DNA of 64,000 nucleotides, taken from contig JAYGCN010000049.1 in assembly GCA_046583315.1 (NCBI GenBank), positions 1 through 64,000 of the forward strand. Direction: 5' to 3'. This document shows positions 56,754 through 64,000 of the stretch, in pieces; the stretch's first letter is position 1, and each line of letters begins with the position of its first letter. A program made the translations under genes and the position numbers. The stretch is from Candidatus Hydrogenedentota bacterium. GTDB lineage: Bacteria > Hydrogenedentota > Hydrogenedentia > Hydrogenedentales > GCA-2746185. The notes beneath the pieces were generated by a model. The model had not been told where the DNA came from, did not search any database, and saw nothing but the letters and a program-made list of their open reading frames with translations.

Positions 56754-59147
56754 GTGACAATTCCCTCGAATCATAGTACGCGACCGTTGGTCATGGTTGC
56801 CTTGGCATTTTGGACGGGTGTATTGCTGGCGGCCACAGTGTGGCCATCATTGAGCGGAATTATTATCGCTTCACTGGCACTCGTTGCCGTGCAACGCTGG
56901 GTGCGGCCTTTGCGCAACATTGCCCACCTGCCAATCGTGGTCGCATTTGTGATCACGGGCGCAACGATTTGGACGCTACATCATTCAGGGCTGCCAGGTG
57001 ATGCGCTTCAACGTTTCGTTCTTGGGCGGACTCCTGAATCTGAGTTGGTCTTGCGCGGACGGGTGGAGCAACCGGACATTCGACTTGAGACCGATGACTA
57101 CAGCCAATTTATATTGAGGGTAACGGAAGTCGTCGCGGACAATAGCACGTATTCGATGACTGGTGGTGTATTGGTGCGTTGGTCGGATCCGAATCGACCG
57201 TTGATACATGGAGAGTCGGTGGTTGTACATGGCGTGGTGCAAGCAACGATTCATCGCGTCAACCATGGTGTGCGCGGCGTGGAACATCATTATCGGCTAA
57301 ACGGGGTACACACGTCGCTACGAATTCGGGGCGGAACGGCAGTTCAGACGACTGGGGAGGCCTCTTGGTGGTCTTTTCGCGCAATGGCGAGTCGTGCCCG
57401 GCAGAATCTCGCGCAACGTCTGGAAGGGGTGATTCCCACTGAGGCGCTACCCTTCACGCTTACGGTCTGGCTGGGCGATCGGCATCGCATTTCGAACAAC
57501 ACGTATACGATGTTTCTGGAATCGGGTACCGCGCATATACTGGCGGTGTCAGGCGTACACATCGGCCTAATCTATCTGAGCCTCACCTATGGATTGCGTA
57601 TGGTTGTGCGCCGAAGGCGTCTGCGAATCGTGATCACGTTAATGGTGATCACCTTGTTCGCGTTTATGGCGGGTGCGCGGATTTCGAGTCTGCGAGCGGC
57701 CATCATGATTGGGCTGTATTTGTCGGCGGAGTGGTTTGAGCGAGAACCGGACGCGCCGACGGCGTTGAGCCTCGCGGCACTGATATTCGGCATTCAAAAC
57801 CCAACTGTAATCTTCATGCCGGGCTTTCAGTTGTCGTTCTTGAGCATCGCATCTTTATTGCTGTTTCGGGAGCCCATTGCGGGGCGTTTATCGGCATGGC
57901 CGCGGTGGTTGCGGGAAGGCGTTTCCTCGGTCATCGCGGTGCAGGCCTTAACCGTGCCAGCGGCGATTATCGCTTTCCATGTGATGCCAATTGGTGGGAT
58001 TCTGGCCAATCTCATCGTAATCCCGTTGTTGTCTATCGTTTTGTGGTTATCGGCGTTGACCTCGATTACGTCGGTCCTGATTCCTCCGCTAAGTATCTGG
58101 TTTGGTCATGCGCTGGCTCCGATCGTGATGCTGATCGAGCACATTGCGACGATGGTGGCATCGTTTCGTTTCAGTCACCTCTACTTGACGAGTCCGTCGG
58201 CGCTGGCGCTGCTCGGATACGGCATGGTCGTAACGGGTGCGCTGACGGCCATCTACACGCGTCGTATGCGCCAACATGCGAAGTGGATAATGCCAGTCGG
58301 CCTAGTGATAATCGTTGTGTTTTGGCGACCGTTTGGTGTGGATGCGAACGTGACTTTTCTGGATGTCGGTCATGGTGACAGCGCGGTGATACAGACGGCC
58401 TCGAATGAGGTATGGCTGGTGGATGGTGGTGTGCAGGATGACTTTCGGGACATGGGCAAGCAGGTGGTCGCGCCGTATTTGTGGTCGCATCACATCAGCA
58501 AACTCGAAGGCATTTTTGTGTCCCACACGGATCGGGATCATTTGGGTGGGTTGCCATACATCGTGGATCATTTTGAAGTAAAGCAGGTTTTCGTGCCGCC
58601 GGGTTTCGAGCATCATGAATTGGGCGGCCCGTTTCTTGAGCAGTGCCGGGAAAAGGGCGTCCGGATCAACGAGGTGGCTTCGGGGGATCGTGTACGGTCG
58701 GGCTCCGTTGATATCCGAATCCTGCATCCGTCGGCCGAGGACATTCCCGCTCTGTCGACGAATGACCGTTCACTCGTGTTTACCCTTGAGGCGGATGGGG
58801 TATCGTACCTGTTTACGGGCGATATTGAGGCGAAAGCTGAGGCCATGATTGCTGATGCGAATACGGTGACCGTAGACGTGATTAAAGTTCCCCATCATGG
58901 ATCGCGCACATCGAGCACGGAGACATTCCTTGATGCCGTCGATGCGGATGTTGCGGTCGTCTCATCCGGCCTTCGCGGGAATCGTGCGCTGGCACGACCG
59001 GAGGTGCTTGAGCGGTATCGGGACCGGGAGATGCGTGTGGTTCGCACGGACTACGGCGGAAGTGTTCGCGTGGATCTTGGTGAATCCGGCATATCGATAA
59101 CGCAGGCGCGCGAACTCAATAATTTTGCTTTCCGTCAACCGGAATGA
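56754..59147 (+). CDS. comEC: DNA internalization competence protein ComEC/Rec2
   Basis: 'HILAVSGVH', 'GFQLSF', 'FLDVGHGD', 'SHTDRDH', 'KVPHHGS'. Start uncertain (GTG 56754 or ATG 56793). Confidence 0.95.
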   Translation: MTIPSNHSTRPLVMVALAFWTGVLLAATVWPSLSGIIIASLALVAVQRWVRPLRNIAHLPIVVAFVITGATIWTLHHSGLPGDALQRFVLGRTPESELVLRGRVEQPDIRLETDDYSQFILRVTEVVADNSTYSMTGGVLVRWSDPNRPLIHGESVVVHGVVQATIHRVNHGVRGVEHHYRLNGVHTSLRIRGGTAVQTTGEASWWSFRAMASRARQNLAQRLEGVIPTEALPFTLTVWLGDRHRISNNTYTMFLESGTAHILAVSGVHIGLIYLSLTYGLRMVVRRRRLRIVITLMVITLFAFMAGARISSLRAAIMIGLYLSAEWFEREPDAPTALSLAALIFGIQNPTVIFMPGFQLSFLSIASLLLFREPIAGRLSAWPRWLREGVSSVIAVQALTVPAAIIAFHVMPIGGILANLIVIPLLSIVLWLSALTSITSVLIPPLSIWFGHALAPIVMLIEHIATMVASFRFSHLYLTSPSALALLGYGMVVTGALTAIYTRRMRQHAKWIMPVGLVIIVVFWRPFGVDANVTFLDVGHGDSAVIQTASNEVWLVDGGVQDDFRDMGKQVVAPYLWSHHISKLEGIFVSHTDRDHLGGLPYIVDHFEVKQVFVPPGFEHHELGGPFLEQCREKGVRINEVASGDRVRSGSVDIRILHPSAEDIPALSTNDRSLVFTLEADGVSYLFTGDIEAKAEAMIADANTVTVDVIKVPHHGSRTSSTETFLDAVDADVAVVSSGLRGNRALARPEVLERYRDREMRVVRTDYGGSVRVDLGESGISITQARELNNFAFRQPE

Positions 59148-59211
59148 TATACAAAGTGCGTTGGACTGTATCGCGTTCGGCGTAAATTTCTAAACCGTTA
59201 TCGAGTTTTCC

Positions 59212-59961
59212 ATGCGAGCCTATTTTCGACTCGGCCTCATAGCCGTCTGGGTATCAACGACCTTCAGCTTTCGATTGATCGGCCTCATCGCGGTGCCGTT
59301 CTCGCACCGAATCGCCGAGTGGTTTCCCAAAACGGCCTTTGTGGCATGTTCGCGGGGCATTTTGGTGATTACGGGCATCAAACTATCCGTGGAAGGCGTC
59401 GCACCGAAATCTCCTTTTTTTTTGGTCTCCAATCACGTCAGTTTCTTTGACGTTTTTGTGCTTGCGTCGCGGCTCGGCTGTGTATTCGTGTCGAAGGCGG
59501 AACTGGGCGATTGGCCGTTGCTGGGATTCATCGCGCGCGCGATGAGCACGATCTACATTCGACGCGAGGACATGCGGGATACGCATCGGGTGAACCAGGA
59601 GATCACGTCGGTGATGAACGACGGGTTGGGCGTGGTGGTTTTTGCAGAGGGCACGGTGACGCAAACAGGACAACTCCTCGACTTCAAGCCAGCACTGTTG
59701 CAGCCGGCGGTTGAGCTGGAGATGCCGGTGCACGTGGCCAGTATCCATTACGCGACGCCGCACGCGCCGGAACGTGCGGGTAAGGATATTCTGTGGAGAG
59801 ACGGTGTCAGTTTGATCCAGCATTTTCGGAATATCGCGGGGCTTCGGAGCTGTGAAGTGACGCTGGTGTTTAGCGAGGAAACCGTGCGGCTCGACAATCG
59901 CAAGCAACTGGCGATCGCGTTGCGTGAGGCGGTCGGCCGTATTCACAGGCCTGTTGTGTAA
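59212..59961 (+). CDS. Lysophospholipid / 1-acylglycerol-3-phosphate acyltransferase
   Basis: HxxxxD 'NHVSFFD', 'FVSKAE', 'FAEGT'. Confidence 0.9.
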   Translation: MRAYFRLGLIAVWVSTTFSFRLIGLIAVPFSHRIAEWFPKTAFVACSRGILVITGIKLSVEGVAPKSPFFLVSNHVSFFDVFVLASRLGCVFVSKAELGDWPLLGFIARAMSTIYIRREDMRDTHRVNQEITSVMNDGLGVVVFAEGTVTQTGQLLDFKPALLQPAVELEMPVHVASIHYATPHAPERAGKDILWRDGVSLIQHFRNIAGLRSCEVTLVFSEETVRLDNRKQLAIALREAVGRIHRPVV

Positions 59962-60040
59962 CCATATCGCTTGCGCTTCCCGAATGTAAAGCGTAAGCGG
60001 GTAGCATTTGCATCAGTCAATCCTGGGAGGAGACGAAGCC

Positions 60041-60616
60041 ATGTCCGATACCTTATCCACTGAGTTACAGGAAGAAATCGCCGGGTATGAATTCGCCAAG
60101 GGAGAAGTTGAAGCGCTTGTCGACGGCTTGAGCGATGAGCAATTGAACTGGCGTACCGAGGAAGGCTCGTGGTCGATTCTGGAATGCATTTCTCACCTAA
60201 ATGAAGTCGGCTCGAAGATGATTGTTCCGATGAAGAAGGAAATAGACGCGGGGCGCGGGGCGGGAAAACTAAGTGAGGGGCCGTTCAAGTACAGCTTCTT
60301 GGGAAACATGTTTTTGAACGGATCGGGACCGCTGGACAAGAAGAATAAATTCAAGATTAAATCGCCCAAGTTGTATATACCTACATCCGATCTCTCCAAA
60401 GAAGAGCTTCTGCCCATATTTCTGGCGTTGCAGGATGAATTAGTTGCGCTTACCCGTGACGCGAATGGCTTGAATCTGAAGTCGATCAAGGTGACCTCCC
60501 CCGCAATTTCCCTCGTTCGATTCAGCGTCGGCGTGTGGCTCAAGATGTTGCCGGGGCATCAGAAACGTCACTTGCAGCAGGCGCGGCGCGTGCGTGATCA
60601 GTTGCCTCAGGAGTAG
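60041..60616 (+). CDS. DinB-family protein
   Basis: 'LSDEQLNWR...WSILECISHL', 'H.KRH..QA'. Confidence 0.85.
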   Translation: MSDTLSTELQEEIAGYEFAKGEVEALVDGLSDEQLNWRTEEGSWSILECISHLNEVGSKMIVPMKKEIDAGRGAGKLSEGPFKYSFLGNMFLNGSGPLDKKNKFKIKSPKLYIPTSDLSKEELLPIFLALQDELVALTRDANGLNLKSIKVTSPAISLVRFSVGVWLKMLPGHQKRHLQQARRVRDQLPQE

Positions 60617-60684
60617 CTCCTGAGAAGTCACGCTTGGGTTGCACTCGGTGGGCGCGGTATACTACCCCTTTTGGAGGAATCGCC

Positions 60685-61035
60685 ATGTCTACCGATTATC
60701 ACGCGGCCTTTGACGAGGCCAAAACGCAGTTCACAGATTTGCGCGAGTCGATGCCGAAGACCATGCAGATTTTTGGAAAACTGCATCACGCGACGATGTC
60801 GGCGGGCGCGCTGGATGTGAAAACGAAGGAACTGATTTCTTTGGCGATCGGAATTTCGTCGCGTTGCGAAGGCTGCATGATGTCGCACATCACGGGTGCC
60901 TATCGAAATGGCGCGACCCTGGCGGATATTGAAGAAACCATTGGCGTGGCGATCTCGATGGGCGGCGGTCCATCGACCGTATACGGCGGCAAAGCCCTGG
61001 CCATCGCGAAACAATTCGAACCGAAAGCAGAGTAA
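60685..61035 (+). CDS. CMD/AhpD-like protein with CxxC
   Basis: 'GALDVKTKELI', 'RCEGC..H', 'MGGGP'. GGAGG SD. Confidence 0.9.
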   Translation: MSTDYHAAFDEAKTQFTDLRESMPKTMQIFGKLHHATMSAGALDVKTKELISLAIGISSRCEGCMMSHITGAYRNGATLADIEETIGVAISMGGGPSTVYGGKALAIAKQFEPKAE

Positions 61036-61037
61036 CC

Positions 61038-61856
61038 TTGACTGATTCACACGATTTCGAACTGGTTCGTGACATAACGCGCGGACAATTTAGGCACGTC
61101 CTTTTTGATTTTGATGGCACGATTAGCTTGCTGCGTGAAGGCTGGCAGGCGATCATGCACCCTTTGATGGTGGAGATGATTTGCGGAGATACCCCCCCCA
61201 CGCCGGACATTGAGCAGCGCGCGCATAACATGATTGACGAAACGACGGGCATTCAAACCATTCTACAAATGGAGCACCTTGTTGCATTGGTGCAGGAGTA
61301 TGGTCTGGTGCCGGAGCCGGACATGCTGGACGCGCAGGGATATAAATCGATTTACAACGACCGCCTGATGGTTCCGGTGAATGAACGACTGGACCGACTT
61401 GCGCACGGTGATCTGTCGCAAGATGAGGCATCCGTCGCAGGATCACGCGAGTTCGTTGCACGGGTCGCCGCCCAAGGACCGGCTCTCTACATCTTCAGCG
61501 GCACGAATCAGGATGATGTGCGCAATGAGGCGAACAAACTCGGCGTGGACCATCACTTCAGCGAAATCTGGGGCGCGTTACGCACCATCAAAGAATTCTC
61601 TAAGGAAAAAATCCTGACCGAAATGATCAAGGAACGCAATCTCTCCGGACCGGAAGTCCTCATCATCGGCGATGGTCCTGTCGAGATTCGATTGGCCCAC
61701 GAACACGGCTGCGTCTCCGTGGGCGTCGCCTCGGACGAGGAGAATGGCGGCCTTGATCCCGTCAAACGCGAGCGTCTGATCGGCGTTGGAGCCGATATTA
61801 TCGTGCCGGATTTTGCGAGGGGCGAGGCGCTGGTGGAGTATTTGTTTGCTGGGTAG
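61038..61856 (+). CDS. HAD-superfamily hydrolase
   Basis: 'FDFDGT', 'FSG', 'K', 'GDGPVE'. Confidence 0.88.
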   Translation: MTDSHDFELVRDITRGQFRHVLFDFDGTISLLREGWQAIMHPLMVEMICGDTPPTPDIEQRAHNMIDETTGIQTILQMEHLVALVQEYGLVPEPDMLDAQGYKSIYNDRLMVPVNERLDRLAHGDLSQDEASVAGSREFVARVAAQGPALYIFSGTNQDDVRNEANKLGVDHHFSEIWGALRTIKEFSKEKILTEMIKERNLSGPEVLIIGDGPVEIRLAHEHGCVSVGVASDEENGGLDPVKRERLIGVGADIIVPDFARGEALVEYLFAG

Positions 61857-61861
61857 TTGCT

Positions 61862-63547
61862 CTAGCGTGGTCGAAGGCGGCGTTCGGCTTGTTTGATTTC
61901 TGTATCGATGTCGTTGCCTTCGTAGAACCAGAGATACCCGGTGACTTCGACGCGTTCACCCGGGGCGGCGTCTGGAAATACGGGATCGGCGTGGATACAT
62001 GGGCATGCTGCGTTGCCCCAGGTTCTACCGCAGTGATCGAAGCCGACCAGGATGTATCGATCTTTGCCTTCAGCTTTGCTGACTGCGACGGAGCGGCCAT
62101 ACTGTTTGTCTTCCTGGGATTGTCGCTCGAAACCGGGCACTGCTTTGAGCATCGCGCACACTTGCGTCCTTAAATTCGTGAGCGGGACATCGGTTCCGTT
62201 CTCGAGCCAGAGTACAGCTTTCACGCCATTTTGCTGCAATTCGATATCGGAACCGAATCGGATGCCGTTGGGCAGTTGACGCTCGAAGCTTAGCGCTGAT
62301 TCGCTTTTTCTTATCCAGTCGACATTTTCGATCACGACATCTTGGTCATCCCAAATGGTCGGGATGTGGGTATGGGCGAGAAAGGTGAGGCCGAGGTCGC
62401 TGAAAATTGCTTCCGGCACATCGAAGACGACGTAGCCGCCATCGTTCCACGGGGTAAACACGCTGACTTTTGTGCCTCGCTGTGGATCGATCATGCCGTC
62501 GAGGAATCCGATGCGGGGGTGGCGTCCTCCTGGATAGGGGCGAAGACGGGGCGTAGTAGTAGTTGCCTGAATGTCCGGCATATCCGAAATAAGGCCAGAC
62601 AACTGCTCTTCGTTATAACCCAATACGTTTCGAATTTCCTCTTGGTTGTAGTGATGTTCGTTCAGCATGGTGGGCAGCCAGAAATCTGTGTCCTTCCGCG
62701 TGGCTATCGTTTCGACGGGAAGGTTCAGCTCGGCGTCCGCCTTTTCGGGGTAACGCGTGTGAATCATCGGGTCATCGGAACCGGAGTCCACGTTTCTAAA
62801 AGGAGCGATGTCTTTCAATGCAATGACGTTGAAGTTTTCCGCTTTCAGGTAGTCCATATATTCGCGGAACCGTTCCGGCGGGGTGTGCACCCATGGATGA
62901 GCGGTGTCCGGAACGCCATGAAATTGAAGTACCACGATTTTTCCGTTTTTCGCACGGTCGACGGTACGCTTGAAGTGCTCCAGGGTCCAATCGGGATACC
63001 CGTCGCCGCCGGTGGGTATCAGGAGCGGATCATGCAGGGAGGGATCGTAGAGCGGCCCGGGAACGACCTCTCCGTAGGGAATTTCGGGTTGCATGCCGCG
63101 CCGCGCGAACTGGTATCCGGCTTGTTGTAGAACGTCTCGCGCCTCGGGACCGAATCCGTTTCCACACCAGGCAAAGCTGATCGGTTTCGGAACATCTACC
63201 TTCGCAAGTTCGTTTTCGACCAGTGCCAATTCACCTGCGAGGCGTGCGGCGTTCCTTGGGGAGGAAAAATCGGCGTGGGTCCATGAGTGATTTCCGATTT
63301 CGAAGCCCATTTCATGTAACTCACCGACGTCTTGCCAGGTCATGAAATTTTCTGTGTCGTCCATCCACAGGTGGGTCACAAAAAAAGTCGCCTGAAATCC
63401 ATACTCCTGGAGCAAGGGTCCTACGAAGGTGCGATGCGATTTCACGGAGTCATCGAAGGTGAGCACGACCGTCTTGTCAGGAACAGTTTCTGTAATCTGC
63501 CCGCAGCTTATTGAAAAAAAGGCCATCGCCAGCAACATGCTACTCAT
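61862..63547 (-). CDS. Polysaccharide deacetylase-domain protein with additional C-terminal domain
   Basis: 'VLTFDD', 'ATFF', 'EIGNHS..H', 'FHGVP'. Possible lipobox 'SISC'. Confidence 0.85.
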   Translation of the reverse strand: MSSMLLAMAFFSISCGQITETVPDKTVVLTFDDSVKSHRTFVGPLLQEYGFQATFFVTHLWMDDTENFMTWQDVGELHEMGFEIGNHSWTHADFSSPRNAARLAGELALVENELAKVDVPKPISFAWCGNGFGPEARDVLQQAGYQFARRGMQPEIPYGEVVPGPLYDPSLHDPLLIPTGGDGYPDWTLEHFKRTVDRAKNGKIVVLQFHGVPDTAHPWVHTPPERFREYMDYLKAENFNVIALKDIAPFRNVDSGSDDPMIHTRYPEKADAELNLPVETIATRKDTDFWLPTMLNEHHYNQEEIRNVLGYNEEQLSGLISDMPDIQATTTTPRLRPYPGGRHPRIGFLDGMIDPQRGTKVSVFTPWNDGGYVVFDVPEAIFSDLGLTFLAHTHIPTIWDDQDVVIENVDWIRKSESALSFERQLPNGIRFGSDIELQQNGVKAVLWLENGTDVPLTNLRTQVCAMLKAVPGFERQSQEDKQYGRSVAVSKAEGKDRYILVGFDHCGRTWGNAACPCIHADPVFPDAAPGERVEVTGYLWFYEGNDIDTEIKQAERRLRPR

Positions 63548-63571
63548 CGATAGATCCCTCCCAAACGCATG

Positions 63572-64000
63572 TTAGTCGCGCAGATTCTCGACGGTTTTGA
63601 ACACCCAGCCCGGTGCATCACTACTATTTTGGCGAAGCTGGAGATTCAGTTGCGCGGCACCGTGCTGGACGTGGCGCAAGTTGTAGAGGTGGAGTTCGCC
63701 GATGGTGAGGCCGAGGTCGTTCGAAGCCGCAGGGAGACGCCGCGAGTTCGTCCATGAGGGCGTTCGCGGTCTCTCTACACTTCTTCGTGCAGTGTGTTGC
63801 ATAGGCGAGCAGTTCGTCGCGGGTGTAGGTGCGGTCGGGCAGTATACCTGCCGGATCCATTTCGTCGAGCGTAAACGGAACCGGTGGTTTGAAGCCCTCG
63901 AGCGTTTCCGAGAGATAACAGTCCAGCCAGAACAGCGTGTGGTACGCGAGATACCAGACTTCCTCACGTTGCCACAGGTCATCAGGGCACATCTCGATCG
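63572..64000 (-). pseudogene. DinB-family gene (5' end outside the window) with a +1 frameshift
   Basis: 'WYLAYHTLFWLD.YL...CGFER' continues in another frame as 'LGLTIGELHLYNLRHVQHGAAQL...PGWV'. There is an extra C near 63716. Confidence 0.7.

Noticed and set aside
1..64000. tRNA/rRNA genes, IS elements, integrases, prophage or defence systems
   Set aside because: No cloverleaf or T-loop signatures in the intergenic regions, and no ORF with recognisable transposase, integrase, phage-structural or defence motifs.

Overview
A 64-kb, gene-dense, moderately GC-rich bacterial chromosomal segment from a diderm (lpxA, lpxB, outer-membrane barrel). The gene styles (long-form glyA, System II ccs locus, cytochrome c/PHM fusion, PAC2) suggest a poorly characterised lineage near PVC or Hydrogenedentota, which is inference only. 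Housekeeping blocks: aspS 3' end; ffh-rpsP-khpA-rimM-trmD-rplS-rnhB; glyA; lpxA-gnnA-like-lpxB-polA-rho-trpS; yebC-ruvC-folD; comEC. These are interspersed with accessory hydrolases, oxidoreductases, regulators and envelope proteins. I found no tRNA, rRNA, CRISPR array, transposase or prophage. The best candidates for new biology are: (1) a three-gene System II cytochrome c maturation operon with an uncharacterised duplicated-domain lipoprotein and a short upstream CxxCHxPH ORF; (2) a MarR-linked AbfD-like flavoprotein lacking the Fe-S ligands; (3) a c-type cytochrome fused to a PHM-type dicopper monooxygenase; (4) an 845-aa trans-envelope protein with a Zn ribbon, coiled coils, TM helices and a GspC/PilP-like end. 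Also noted: two frameshifted genes (DUF4352, DinB), a tandem HxlR-type operator pair, a possible ffh leader RNA, and G-to-C skew flips toward some gene 3' ends. All family calls come from motif recognition by eye, not database searches.
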